In this document: piece after piece, positions 51,601 to 64,000 of the stretch
Layout: every line of letters starts with the position of its first letter
Position numbering within the stretch: position 1 is the stretch's first letter
From: Macrostomum lignano
Lineage: Eukaryota
DNA length: 64,000 nt
NCBI GenBank assembly: GCA_002269645.1
Contig: NIVC01001187.1
Span: 124,001-188,000 of the forward strand
Direction of reading: 5' to 3'
Program-made: the position numbers and the translations under genes
The notes under the pieces: model-generated
Seen by the model: only the letters and a program-made list of their open reading frames with translations
Database searches by the model: none
What the model was told of the DNA's origin: nothing

Positions 51601-53402
51601 ACATAGCCATCATTGATTCTGTACAGAGTGTATTTATAGTGTACACATAGCCATCATTGATTCTGTACAGAGTGCATTTATAGTGTACACATAGCCAACA
51701 TTGATTCTGTACAGTGTATTTATAGTGTACACATAGCCATCATTGATTCTGTACAGAATGTATTTATAGTGTACACATAGCCATCATTGATTCTGTACAG
51801 AGTGTATTTATAGTGTACACATAGCCATCATTGATTCTGTACAGAGTGCATTTATAGTGTACACATAGCCATCATTGATTCTGTACAGTGTATTTATAGT
51901 GTACACATAGCCATCATTGATTCTGTACAGAATGTATTTATAGTGTACACATAGCCATCATTGATTCTGTACAGAGTGTATTTATAGTGTACACATAGCC
52001 ATCATTGATTCTGTACAGAGTGTATTTATAGTGTACACATAGCCAACATTGATTCTGTACAGAGTGTATTTATAGTGTACACATAGCCAACATTGATTCT
52101 GTACAGAGTGTATTTATAGTGTACACATAGCCATCATTGATTCTGTACAGAGTGTATTTATAGTGTACACATAGCCATCATTGATTCAGTACAGAGTGTA
52201 TTTATAGTGTACACATAGCCATCATTGATTCTGTACAGAGTGTATTTATAGTGTACACATAGCCATCATTGATTCTGTACAGAATGTATTTATAGTGTAC
52301 ACATAGCCATCATTGATTCTGTACAGAGTGTATTTATAGTGTACACATAGCCATCATTGATTCTGTACAGAGTGTATTTATAGTGTACACATAGCCATCA
52401 TTGATTCTGTACAGTGTATTTATAGTGTACACATAGCCATCATTGATTCTGTACAGAGTGTATTTATAGTGTACACATAGCCATCATTGATTCTGTACAG
52501 AGTGCATTTATAGTGTACACATAGCCATCATTGATTCTGTACAGTGTATTTATAGTGTACACAAAGCCAACACTGATTCTGTACAGAATGTATTTATAGT
52601 GTACACATAGCCATCATTGATTCTGTACAGAGTGTATTTATAGTGTACACATAGCCATCATTGATTCTGTACAGAGTGTATTTATAGTGTACACAAAGCC
52701 AACACTGATTCTGTACAGAGTGTATTTATAGTGTACACATAGCCATCATTGATTCTGTACAGAGTGCATTTATAGTGTACACATAGCCATCATTGATTCT
52801 GTACAGTGTATTTATAGTGTACACAAAGCCAACACTGATTCTGTACAGAGTGTATTTATAGTGTACACAAAGCCAACACTGATTCTGTACAGAGTATTTC
52901 TGTACAGACTAATGTAACTCTAAAATCCGTAACTAATTCCTCGGACCCAAAACTTAGAATGTGAACTGGAACAGAGCTCCCAGCTGCTGCTATCATCATC
53001 TGGCAGCACACTAAAGGCCACTCACCGCTCCAGCTGCTCCAGCCCATCCATCAGTGCTTCGGTATGGACGGCCAGTTTCGAGCGCAGTCGAGCTTCGATA
53101 GTCTCGCCGTTGCCGTCAGCAGCCTCGTTGGCCTCGCCCTCGGCGTCGGCTCCCTCCGCCGCATCCTCTCCGCCTTCAACAACCGGGTCGCTGCAGTCCA
53201 GCCAGCCGGCCAGGTCTTCCCCATTGTCGCCGAGAGCCTCGTCGGACGGATCGTCCAGCACCTGCAGGGCGCCAACGATGTCCTCCACGGTCTTGGCGAG
53301 CTCGTCCTGCACGCGGGCTCGGTAAGCCTCGCCGAATGCCACCAGGCAGTCCTGGCTGGAATCCTCGTTGCCAACTGGCTGCTCGGGCTCCTTGTCCACC
53401 TC
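48645..53402 (-). CDS. Unknown acidic/coiled-coil protein, last two exons (53402-53026, 48867-48645)
   Basis: Phase-2 join GAGCG|GTGAGT..CATTTAG|G gives ..EQLERREEADICSLEMQDLVSDATEML..QKKKKKK. Upstream exon not found. Confidence 0.65.
49040..49326. repeat. 32-bp minisatellite, ~8 copies
   Basis: Unit CACGCAAGTGACGTCGGTTCTATTAATAGAAA. Confidence 0.9.
49438..49683 (-). CDS. Possible small two-TM protein (81 aa) inside an intron
   Basis: True ATG, two hydrophobic segments, GC-rich promoter-like block at ~49750-49870; no homology recognised. Confidence 0.3.
   Translation of the reverse strand: MLAAQLVTQVLCPQSLLGLTIFILFFCHLSPSGPASRVPLARAGGTKIRPNNRLVLVFCSCISIIAIGVVDAFLPVIGEFL
50180..52905. repeat. 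42/44-bp minisatellite, ~60 copies
   Basis: Unit GTGTATTTATAGTGTACACATAGCCATCATTGATTCTGTACA(GA). Confidence 0.97.
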
Positions 53403-53449
53403 CTGGAAGAGAAGAGGTGAAAATGTGAGCTATTGATGCGCCTGTTCTG

Positions 53450-54105
53450 CGAGTGATGTGTCACAACTGTGATTGACTCCAGTGATGTGTCACAACTGTG
53501 ATTGACTCCAGTGTGTGTCACAACTGTGATTGACTCCAGTGTGTGTCACAACTATGATTGACTCCAGTGATGTGTAACAACTGTGATTGACTCCAGTGTG
53601 TGTCACAACTGTGATTGACTCCAGTATGTGTCACAACTATGATTGACTCCAGTGTGTGTCACAACTGTGATTGACTCCAGTGTGTGTCACAACTGTGATT
53701 GACTCCAGTGTGTGTCACAACTGTGATTGACTCCAGTTTGTGTCACAACTGTGATTGACTCCAGTTTGTGTCACAACTATGATTGACTCCAGTTTGTGTC
53801 ACAACTATGATTGACTCCAGTGTGTGTCACAACTGTGATTGACTCCAGTTTGTGTCACAACTGTGATTGACTCCAGTTTGTGTCACAACTATGATTGACT
53901 CCAGTTTGTGTCACAACTGTGATTGACTCCAGTGTGTGTCACAACTGTGATTGACTCCAGTGTGTGTCACAACTGATTGACTCCAGTGTGTGTCACAACT
54001 GTGATTGACTCCAGTGTGTGTCACAACTGTGATTGACTCCAGTGTGTGTCACAACTGATTGACTCCAGTGTGTGTCACAACTGTGATTGACTCACTGTGA
54101 TTGAC
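53450..54105. repeat. 28-bp minisatellite
   Basis: Unit GTGTGTGTCACAACTGTGATTGACTCCA. Confidence 0.95.
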
Positions 54106-54107
54106 TG

Positions 54108-54710
54108 TGTCAGTCATGTGATTACTGTGTCAGTACACTCACTGATCATGGAGCATATTGTCAGTCATGTGATTACTGTGTCAGTACAGTGATCATGGAG
54201 CATTGTCAGTCATGTGATTACTGTGTCAGTACAGTGATCATGGAGCATTGTCAGTCATGTGATTACTGTGTCAGTACAGTGATCATGGAGCATTGTCAGT
54301 CATGTGATTACTGTGTCAGTACAGTGATCATGGAGCATTGTCAGTCATGTGATTACTGTGTCAGTACAGTGATCATGGAGCATTGTCAGTCATGTGATTA
54401 CTGTGTCAGTACACTCACTGATCATGGAGCATATTGTCAGTCATGTGATTACTGTGTCAGTACACTCACTGATCATGGAGCATATTGTCAGTCATGTGAT
54501 TACTGTGTCAGTACACTCACTGATCATGGAGCATATTGTCAGTCATGTGATTACTGTGTCAGTACACTCACTGATCATGGAGCATATTGTCAGTCATGTG
54601 ATTACTGTGTCAGTACAGTGATCATGGAGCATTGTCAGTCATGTGATTACTGTGTCAGTACACACACTGATCATGGAGCATATTGTCAGTCATGTGATTA
54701 CTGTGTCAGT
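54108..54710. repeat. 45/51-bp minisatellite abutting the 28-bp array
   Basis: Unit TGTCAGTCATGTGATTACTGTGTCAGTACAGTGATCATGGAGCAT and a 51-bp variant. Confidence 0.95.
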
Positions 54711-55269
54711 GCCGATTAAGACACCAGAAAGAGAGAGGGGCGGTGCTGCAATTAGAGCAGAAGCTGAGCCCAACACAAACTAGAAGCTAAATCAGACAAT
54801 TATTAAATAGATAAAACATGAAAATTGCGAGCTTGCGCGGTAAAAATGACTCAACATTTATTTGATCCCGCGCTCATTAGCATATTTATAGCTATGATAA
54901 ACAATCGGCAGGTGCATGCAGGCGAAGCCGGTGCTTCTCAAATACTAATTGGGTTGCGCGTGTAAACAATTCGGTCCAACAAAGTGATTTGAATTGCGAC
55001 ATCAAAAAATTGCAGATAAGAGCGTACATGTAGCAAGGAAACAGAAGCCATATCTATCTATTCCAGAGAAGGAACTTGTGCAGAAGCTTAGTCATTTACT
55101 CGTGTTATTTATGAGACATCACAACAGCATAACAAAGACTACAGATAGATAGGATAGACCCAACAGCAGAGCGCAGTAAAAGAGCATCTTGCACTATATA
55201 TAATTGCCAATAAAATAATAAGCCTTGACTGGCTAAAGCTAATTGCGAATCGGCCAGGTCTTTGCGGAG

Positions 55270-56013
55270 GCCGGTTTCTGAGACCTGAGCCTGCACACTG
55301 TGATGGGGGGTGGCCGGTTTCTGAGACCTGAGCCTGCACTGTGATGGGGGTGGCTGGTTTCTGAGACCTGAGCCTGCACACTGTGATGGGGAGTGGCCGG
55401 TTTCTGAGACCTGAGCCTGCACACTGTGATGGGGGGTGGCCGGTTTCTGAGACCTGAGCCTGCACTGTGATGGGGGTGGCTGGTTTCTGAGACCTGAGCC
55501 TGCACTGTGATGGGGGTGGCCGGTTTCTGAGACCTGAGCCTGCACACTGTGATGGGGAGTGGCCGGTTTCTGAGACCTGAGCCTGCACACTGTGATGGGG
55601 GGTGGCCGGTTTCTGAGACCTGAGCCTGCACACTGTGATGGGGGTGGCCGGTTTCTGAGACCTGAGCCTGCACACTGTGATGGGGGTGGCCGGTTTCTGA
55701 GACCTGAGCCTGCACACTGTGATGGGGTGGCTGGTTTCTGAGACCTGAGCCTGCACACTGTGATGGGGGTGGCCGGTTTCTGAGACCTGAGCCTGCACAC
55801 TGTGATGGGGGTGGCCGGTTTCCGAGACCTGAGCCTGCACACTGTGATGGGGGTGGCCGGTTTCTGAGACCTGAGCCTGCACTGTGATGGGGGGGGGTGG
55901 CCGGTTTCTGAGACCTGAGCCTGCACACTGTGATGGGGGTGGCCGGTTTCTGAGACCTGAGCCTGCACTGTGATGGGGGGGGGTGGCCGGTTTCTGAGAC
56001 CTGAGCCTGCACA
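55270..56013. repeat. ~42-44-bp minisatellite downstream of DNAJC16
   Basis: Unit GGCCGGTTTCTGAGACCTGAGCCTGCACACTGTGATGGGGGT with a variable G run. Confidence 0.95.
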
Positions 56014-56118
56014 CAGGGATGGAGTTCATGGCCATGGAATTACAGTGCAGGTACTGGTGCTAATGCATAGTTCAGAGAGATTAGACCTTTAATTTAAATC
56101 ATGAATAGTTTTCATCTG

Positions 56119-59100
56119 TCAGCTGCGGCCGTCCACATCCAGCGACTCTGGCCAGGCGTCCACCCGCACCCTGGGCAGCTGGCCGTCGAACAGCCGGTCC
56201 AGCCAGTTCGGCAGGCCGGCCAGCAGGTCCCGCTCGAACAGCGGCGCGTCTGGCTCGCTCAGCGGGTCCCCGAAGCCTCCGCCGTTGTCGCCACCGTCGC
56301 GTCGACGTCGTCGCCGTCGTTTCAGCGTGGCTGCCTCGCCGTCGTAGTCGTCCGAGGAGTCCTCGGAGGATTCGTCCGAGTCGTGCAGGCCGAGGAAGCG
56401 GCAGTCGAACTGGCGCTGCATGGCCGACCGGATTTTCGGGTGGTAGATGCAGAAGTACCTGAGGAGTGGGGTGGGTGTGGGATGCAGAAGTACCTGAGGA
56501 GTGGGGTAGGTGCGGGATGCAGAAGTACCTGAGGAGTGGGGTGGGTGCGGGATGCAGAAGTACCTGAGGAGTGGGGTGGGTGCTGATGCAGAAGTACCTG
56601 AGGAGTGGGGTGGGTGCTGATGCAGAAGTACCTGAGGAGTGGGGTGGGTGCGGGATGCAGAAGTACCTGAGGAGTGGGGTGGGTGCGGGATGCAGAAGTA
56701 CCTGAGGAGTGGGGTGGGTGCTGATGCAGAAGTACCTGCGGGTTATTTAGGCTGCAATAAAACTTGGGAGCTCGATATGATGTGACATTTCGAGCTTATA
56801 AAACGGTTATTGACCCTCGAGTGACAAGCCCGATGAAAACGGTACCCAGGCCAAGAAGCGTCCCAGAGCCACTTGCCTTGCCCCAGAGTCGTTGCAGGTA
56901 GCACAGGTAAGATAGGAAAGAGCTGACTCTAGACGACAACTCTAAAACGACAAGATGTCCCGGTACAAGTCGCCAAAAAGTCATCAAAGAGTCACCTAAG
57001 AGCCAATTTGAAGTGTTTTATTGTCCGCGACTCTGAGGCGCTTCTATAATGAATCTGAGGCCGTAGAGTCGTATTTGAGGCGTGCTGGATTTCATCTCAT
57101 TTCGCATTAATAACAACTCGATTTAGACTACTTGAGTTAGTAGAAAGTTAGGCACTAACATAGCGACTCTTCCGATTCTGCAACTCAAGTGATGACTCAA
57201 CAGTCGCCTCTCTGTCGCACTGTAGTCATTTGAATCGTTAAAAAGTCGCCCCAGAGATTTTCCAGAGTCACTAGTGAGTTGTTTGCATTGACTCTTTAAG
57301 CGATTCTTGTCACGGTAAAGTTTTCAATGGACAGGCCAATTTCAGTGCACGCAGAGCACAGCTACCCCCCCCCCGCCAACATGTTCCCATCTCACTTTCG
57401 GAACCCGTTAACGGCCAGCACAGTCCCGGAGCAGTTTCTCGGCTGGACCACCCGCTGTTCGCCCAGCTTCCGGCCGATGACAAACTCGAGGATGGCGCGG
57501 TACCAGCCCATCCGCTCGCCGACGTCCAGCACGGCGAAGCGTAGCCGTTCGACGCTGGCGAATGGCGCCAGGCAGCGGGCGAAGTCGGCGGCCAGCTTGG
57601 CCTTCAGGCTGGAGTCCACCACCAGCACCAGGGAGATCTGGCCCTGCGGACTGGCGCTGATGAGGCGCCTGTAGTTGCTGGACTCTAGCTCCGCCAGCAT
57701 CCGCGTGTTGTCCGGCCGCCGGCCAGCTGTCTCGAACGGGCTCGGCGCCCCAGTCTGGCGCCGCTGACCTGCGCCGCTGCCAGTCCCGTTGCTATGCTGG
57801 TTGCTATGCGACTTGCGATTTGCCGAGCGGAGCTTCTGCTCCTCCCACTGGGCCAGACGGGTCATGATGTAGGCAGTGCCGATCACCATGGCAACGGTGA
57901 GCACCACGAGCATTGGACCGCTGGGGTCGACGCCCCGCAGGTGCAGCATCGCCCGGCCGCACAGGGTGTGCAGGCGGCGCCAGATGCGGATGGGCAGCGC
58001 CGGCCGGGACTCGTCGGCAAAAGCCGGCGCCGAGGCCAGCACGGTCAGGCCGAGGGAGTCCTCAGCGACTGCGGCGATGGACTCGCGGAGCTGCTCGACG
58101 GTCAGGCTGACGTTCCAGCGGCCAGCCAGCCAGCGGTAGCCGACGCGGCTGGCCGTGGCCCGCCACAGCAGCAGCACTCGGCCGGCGAAGCTGGCGGCTG
58201 GCTCCTCGGCCGAGCCGAGCGAGCGGAGAAAGTCCAGCTGCAAGTCGGCGTGGATGTAGGCCAGTCGCACCCGAGAGTCGGCGGCTCCGTCTCGACGCCG
58301 CCGGTCCCAGCGGCGGGCCTCACGTCTGGGAATCAAGGGAAGCAGGGCGGAGTGCGAGTTACGGACGGAGTTGCTCAGATGGTGAATGGCTCAGGAGGAG
58401 TTGCTCAGATGGTGAATGGCTCAGGAGGAGTTGCTCAGATGGTGAATGGCTCAGGGGGAAATGCTCAGATGGTGAATGGCTCAGGAGGAGTTGCTCAGAT
58501 AGTGAATGGCTCAGGAGGAGTTGCTCAGATGGTGAATGGCTCAGGAGGAGTTGCTCAGATGGTGAATGGCTCAGGGGGAAATGCTCAGATGGTGAATGGC
58601 TCAGGAGGAGTTGCTCAGATGGTGAATGGCTCAGGAGGAGTTGCTCAGATGGTGAATGGCTCAGGAGGAGTTGCTCAGATAGTGAATGGCTCAGGAGGAG
58701 TTGCTCAGATGGTGAATGGCTCAGGGGGAAATGCTCAGATGGTGAATGGCTCAGGAGGAGTTGCTCAGATAGTGAATGGCTCAGGAGGAGTTGCTCAGAT
58801 GGTGAATGGCTCAGGAGGAGTTGCTCAGATAGTGAATGGCTCAGGAGGAGTTGCTCAGATAGTGAATGGCTCAGGAGGAGTTGCTCAGATGGTGAATGGC
58901 TCAGGAGGAGTTGCTCAGATGGTGAATGGCTCAGGGGAAATGCTCAGATGGTGAATGGCTCAGGAGGAGTTGCTCAGATAGTGAATGGCTCAGGAGGAGT
59001 TGCTCAGATGGTGAATGGCTCAGGAGGAGTTGCTCAGATAGTGAATGGCTCAGGAGGAGTTGCTCAGATGGTGAATGGCTCAGGAGGAGTTGCTCAGATG

Positions 59101-60622
59101 GTGAATGGCTCAGGGGGAAATGCTCAGATGGTGAATGGCTCAGGAGGAGTTGCTCAGATAGTGAATGGCTCAGGAGGAGTTGCTCAGATGGTGAATGGCT
59201 CAGGAGGAGTTGCTCAGATAGTGAATGGCTCAGGAGGAGTTGCTCAGATGGTGAATGGCTCAGGAGGAGTTGCTCAGATGGTGAATGGCTCAGGGGAAAT
59301 GCTCAGATGGTGAATGGCTCAGGAGGAAATGCTCAGATGGTGAATGGCTCAGGAGGAACAGCCTGGATGGTAAATCACTCAGAGGGAATCAACCGAATGG
59401 TAAATGATTTGCTCAGGCAGAGAAAAAGTTCGAATGTAAGTCGCTCACCTGAAGAAGGCCGCAGCCAGTCCGTTCTCCTCACCGGGCCGCAGCAGCAGCA
59501 GCACGCAGAGAAATTTGTCCCGATATGCCATCTGCGCGGGGCAGAGCTCTTCGGCCAGCTCAGGCGAGGCCAGCCGAGGCAAGGCCAGATGCTTGCGAGC
59601 TTCCAGCCAGGCGGACAGGGCCTCAGTCTCCAGGCGCGCAGACTCGAGCCGGCCGACCTCCCCGTCTTCGTCGAACAGCAGGACGGACTCCAGGCCGCCG
59701 GACAGCCGCCTGGCGGAGCGGAAGGCCTCGACGGAGCTGGAAGCGGTGTCCGCATAGGCGAAGGCCAGCCGGCTGCGCCAGGCGTAGGCGGCCATGAGGA
59801 AGCGGATCGGTGGCCGGCCGAGCGGCTTGGCCAGCACCGCGCGCGGCCGGTTGTCCGACCAGCCGGACAGGAAGGCGGCCGCGCCCGAGTCGGCAAGCGG
59901 CGGCAGAGTGTCCACGGGGAACAGGGAGCGGTAGAAGTCGCGGAGGCCGGCCAAGGACAGCTGTCCGGAGTAGTGGTACGCCACGCCGTCCACCACCCGA
60001 TGATGGCGGGCACCTGGTCGATGCGCAGGATCTCGGCCAGGTTGGAGGACATCCCGGCGTGGACGACGGCCATGGGGACGCCCAGGGGCAGCAGGTCCTC
60101 GGCCAGGCGGCGCCACAGCGGGCCGACTCGCATGCAGGGAAAGCAGAAGTCGGCTGTGGCGAATAGAAGGGCCGGCCGGCGCCACGAATCCGGCGCCAGG
60201 CGCACCTGATACTGGCGCAGGGTGATCTGCTCCAGCGCGGGGCCGCCGGCCTCGTCAGAGTGCTGCTGGTGCTGGTGAAAGAACTCGGCGAAGGGGGAAG
60301 CGTGGAACGAGTGGAAGCTGGGGTGGCGCGGGTCGGCCTGCACAGTGCCGAACATGTCGTACTCGCGCCGCTTGCTGGCATCGGACAGGATCTCGTAGGC
60401 CTCGTTAATGCGGACGAATCTGTCCGAGGCGCCAGGGTCCTTGGACTTGTCCGGGTGGTTGGCTCTGGCCAGCCGCTTGTAGGCCTGCTTGACCTCCTGG
60501 GGAGTCGCCGAACGGGACACGCCCAGCACCGAGTACAGGTCCTGCTGCTCCTCCGAGAGGGCTGCTGGCGGCAGCAGACAGAGCAGCAGCAGCAGCGACA
60601 GCAGGCGGCAGTGAGAGTGCAT
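56119..60622 (-). CDS. DNAJC16: DnaJ homolog subfamily C member 16 (signal peptide, J domain, thioredoxin-like, TM, C-terminal domain); exons 60622-59449, 58325-57396, 56458-56119
   Basis: HPD J-domain, CFPC motif, TM (MLVVLTVAMVIGTAYIM), C-terminal LLAGLPNWLDRLFDGQLPRVRVDAWPE. Both junctions are phase 2 and give RREAR and RKYFC. One 1-nt frameshift at ~59997. Confidence 0.9.
56447..56740. repeat. ~35-bp minisatellite overlapping the last DNAJC16 splice acceptor
   Basis: Minus-strand unit ..CACCCACCCCACTCCTCAG|GTACTTCTGCATC, ~8 copies. Confidence 0.95.
58365..59356. repeat. 30-bp intronic minisatellite, ~33 copies
   Basis: Unit GGTGAATGGCTCAGGAGGAGTTGCTCAGAT. Confidence 0.95.
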
Positions 60623-60715
60623 GTTTGCTGACTTGCTGCCGTCTGCCTCTAGCAGCAATCGCTGTTGGCATGAAGGAATGAGGGAATAGAGTGAAAATAG
60701 GCGGTTTACATAATC

Positions 60716-61252
60716 TAAGATCTCACCCGTGAGAACACCTAGTAACCCGAGATCTCACCCGTGAAAATACCTAGTAACCTGAGATCTCACCCGTGAAAAT
60801 ACCTAGTAACCTGAGATCTCACCCATGATCAAATACCTAGTAACCTGAGATCTCACCAATGATCAAATACCTAGTAACCTGAGATCTCACCCGTGAGAAT
60901 ACCTAGTAACCTGAGATCTCACCCCCGTGAGAATACCTAGTAACCTGAGATCTCACCCGTGAGAATACCCAGTAACCTGAGATTTCACCCGTGAGAATAC
61001 CTAGTAACCTGAGATCTCACCCATGATCAAATACCTAGTAACCTGAGATCTCACCCATGATCAAATACCCAGTAACCTGAGATCTCACCCATGATCAAAT
61101 ACCTAGTAACCTGAGATCTCACCCATGATCAAATACCTAGTAACCTGAGATCTCACCCATGATCAAATACCTAGTAACCTGAGATCTCACCCGTGAAAAT
61201 ACCTAGTAACCTGAGATCTCACCCATGAGAATAGCTGGTAACCTGAGATCTC
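60716..61252. repeat. 32/34-bp minisatellite upstream of DNAJC16
   Basis: Unit GAGATCTCACCCATGATCAAATACCTAGTAACCT and a shorter CCGTGAGA variant. Confidence 0.93.
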
Positions 61253-62652
61253 TGGTGTCAATCGGAATAAATTCCCACTCAGGTGGTAGAGCATAGGTCA
61301 GTGGTTCGAGGCCTTGTCCACTAATAATAATTCTATTATTTCCTATTTTAGTCAGTCTCTCTCAGGAAATTCAGTTAAACAGAGTCAAACGCTGCAAGAA
61401 GCAGAAAAAAGCTTGGTTCCGTGTGTAATTCCAGACTCGTCTGGGCGCGTGCTGAGTGGTTGAGACATCACGGTTTGAGACCTGTTAAAGTGCGGCCTCT
61501 GACTAGAGTAGAGCACAAAGTCGAGCTCAGAGTCAGTCTGAATAAAACAAGCTGCTCAAAAAAACAAATAGCGGCCCGTTTGGCGTGTCGCTAGCTTTGA
61601 GAAACAACAACAACAACAAACTCTTTAATGCGAATGAATATGCATTGTTTAGTGCTGTGCAAGAGAATGTTCACAGCACTACTTGCAGTAAGCCCGGCGG
61701 ACGGTGCAATAACAAATAGATAGTATAAAATAGCCTCACACTGCTGCAAGCAAGAAGCACACTAAGCAGACTAGACCGGTAATAAACTAAAGTAATTGGC
61801 CGCTCTATTATGCAAGCAATAATTTGATTTCAAAATCACATGAGCACTACTCTTCACGCAAGTGAATTTCGATGTGTAATAATAATAGTATTAGTATCAA
61901 TATAGTATAAATAGAAGCTGCAATAACTTGCACCAGATCTGCATACCTGAGTGCATATTAACCATCCCGCTGCCTCTGAGGACGCTCACACAAGGTGTAC
62001 ACACATCGTCAGAGAAGTACCAAATTAAGGTGGCAGCTCTAGGAGTCGAGCCTCCCCCCCAGCCGGGACCGAGGAACCAAGTCCTCAAGACCATCTAGAT
62101 GTTCAAGCTGTCCTCATCAAGCCTCTTGAAGCTGTCTAAAATCGAGCCCGCTGTGAGCATGGAGCATTATCGGTCAGACAAGCAGGTGCCAAATTAAAAT
62201 AAAACACGGGTAATGCGGTAAGACTATGCGGTAACTCAATGGAACTCTGCACTGTAAGAGTAAAGAAAGCTGAGGGCACAGAGCAAGGCACAGAGTTCAG
62301 CCACTGCACTTCTGACACTAATTAACTTTCGGAGGCTGGAAAAATTGCCTCATCACATTGATAACAATACAAGCTGCGCACCAGGGGATCTTAGTTACCT
62401 GAATAAACTATTGGGGAGCTCTAAGGATCCATACAGGATTTGCAGCCGGGATCCTTGAGGATTTGGACAAGAACCACTGTTGTATATCAGGACATTAAAC
62501 TCATTTTTTCATCACAAAATCAATGATTGACTTTGATCTGGGGCAGTGAAGATTGCCATTTCTTTAATTTAGCATGCATGCGCGATCTTTGAGTTTACGC
62601 CCTGTTATGCTACAGTGGTCCTTGGATTCGGGAGCTCAGATCCGGGATCCGG

Positions 62653-64000
62653 TCATCTCGCTGCGGCAGACGAAGGCGAAGCGGAACCGGATGAAGCCGA
62701 CGAGGAGGCTGAGGCGGATCCAGCCGGGTGCTCGCGGTTGCCAGGCGCGTTTCCTGGCGCTGTAGAGGCGGCCGCATCAGCACCTGCAGCACCGGCGACG
62801 GCGGCGGCGAGCTGCTCTGAAAAGTGCGGCACGTACTCCGAATAGGCGCAGTCGCCAACGCCCACCCGGCTGGCGAACGGGGCGCCGGGCCTCGGCCGGA
62901 TGTATATGTGGCCGAGCGGCCTGCGGTCGATGGGGCAGGTGGGGCTGGTCTGGCACCAGCGGGCCAGGCAGGCGAAGCAGTACTGGTGGCAGCAGGCGTC
63001 GGGGACGCCAACGTCCGACTCGATGCGGTCGCAGCAGATGGCGCAGTCGCTGCCGATGTCCAGCATGTAGGTGGCCAGCCGGAGCTCGCCGCCGGTGGAG
63101 GCGTCGCGATCGGCGACTGTCGCTGCAGCTGGCAGCTGGCGGCCGGTGCCGCCGGACTGAAAGTCGAGGAAGGGGGCAAGAAGAGGACTAGTCATGGGAT
63201 TTGAGGTTCAAGGCAATGGATCTGACAGAGTTGCGGATTTGGGGTTCTGGTTAGAATAGGGGATTTGGGGGATCGGGGATTAGAGTATAGGGATTTGGAG
63301 GATTATGAATTAGGGTAAGGGACTTTGGGAGTTCGGGATTCGGGAACACAATACACAATATGTGAATAGGGGATTTGGGGAGTAGATGATGAGGGAATAG
63401 GGGAGTTGGGAATAGAGAATTTGGAAATAGGGGATTTTGGTAATAGGTGATTTGGGAATTGATGATTAGGGAATAGGGGATTCGGGAATAAGGGATTTGG
63501 GAATAGGGGATTCGGGAGTAGGGGATTCGGGAGTAGGGGATTCGGGAATAGGGGGTTCGGGAGTAGGGGATTCGGGAATAGGGGGTTCGGGAGTAGGGGA
63601 TTCGGGAATAGGGGATTTGGGAGTAGGGGATTCGGAAATAGGCGATTTGAGAATATGGGATTCGGAAATAGGGGATTTGCCTATAACATAGCTTTGGAAA
63701 AATATTCAATTCGGTAAATTCCGGGGCTCAGTGATTTGGGATACCAGTAATTTTAACTTGGATTCGGAATTAGCCTAATACTCGATCAACAGCTGCCCTC
63801 ACCTCGCTAGCTCCGCCGCTAGCTCCGCCGCCGCCATCGTCAGAGTCGTACTCGAACGGCGCCGGCAGCAGCCACCAGAGGCCGGTGGCGGCAGCAGCAG
63901 CGGCAGCGCCAGCCGGCTCGCAGTCCAACTCGTCCAGCGGGCACTGCCCGCAGGGCCGGCCCGCCCGAATCTTGTGAAAGCAGAGCTCGCGAAATATTCG
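62653..64000 (-). CDS. RING-finger protein (PHRF1/SCAF11-like RING), 5' partial; exons 64000-63803 and 63156-62653
   Basis: CAICCDRIESDVGVPDACCHQYCFACLARWCQTSPTCPIDRRPLGHIYIR. Phase-0 join GAG|GTGAGG..CTTTCAG|TCC. No PHD seen. Confidence 0.75.
63250..63700. repeat. Degenerate 15-bp G-rich intronic repeat (GGGGATTCGGGAATA)n
   Basis: Lies between the RING-gene exons. Confidence 0.9.

Noticed and set aside
50180-52905. CRISPR-like appearance of regular arrays
   Set aside because: No unique spacers, no cas genes, eukaryotic context.

Overview
Eukaryotic (metazoan) genomic DNA. It has GC-rich exons, GT-AG introns largely filled by minisatellites, and AT-rich intergenic DNA with transposon fragments. 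This style resembles the flatworm Macrostomum (inference, not tested). Most ORF-track entries are repeat or antisense shadows, so genes were rebuilt by hand from splice sites. Genes supported: a C2H2 zinc-finger protein, an S/R/P-rich protein, a spliced LIM-domain protein, an intronless Muscleblind-like CCCH protein, five IAP-like paralogues (BIR-UBA-like-VNTR linker-RING), a 7B2-like protein, TRPC-like channel exons, an RFamide precursor, an unknown acidic coiled-coil protein, DNAJC16 and a RING protein. Mobile DNA: a Penelope-like fragment with hammerhead ribozymes, a second hammerhead inside an inverted-repeat-bounded element, two RNase H/CCHC non-LTR fragments, a Gypsy gag fragment and a Tc1 5' fragment. 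The most striking region is the IAP cluster (20.4-37.8 kb). Its BIR-UBA module is near-identical in all five copies, while exon 1 (four types), the coding heptad linker (19, 8, 13, 10 and 35 units) and the RING end (three types) differ. Two of the copies sit in a 7.5-kb palindrome folded inside a Tc1 transposase.
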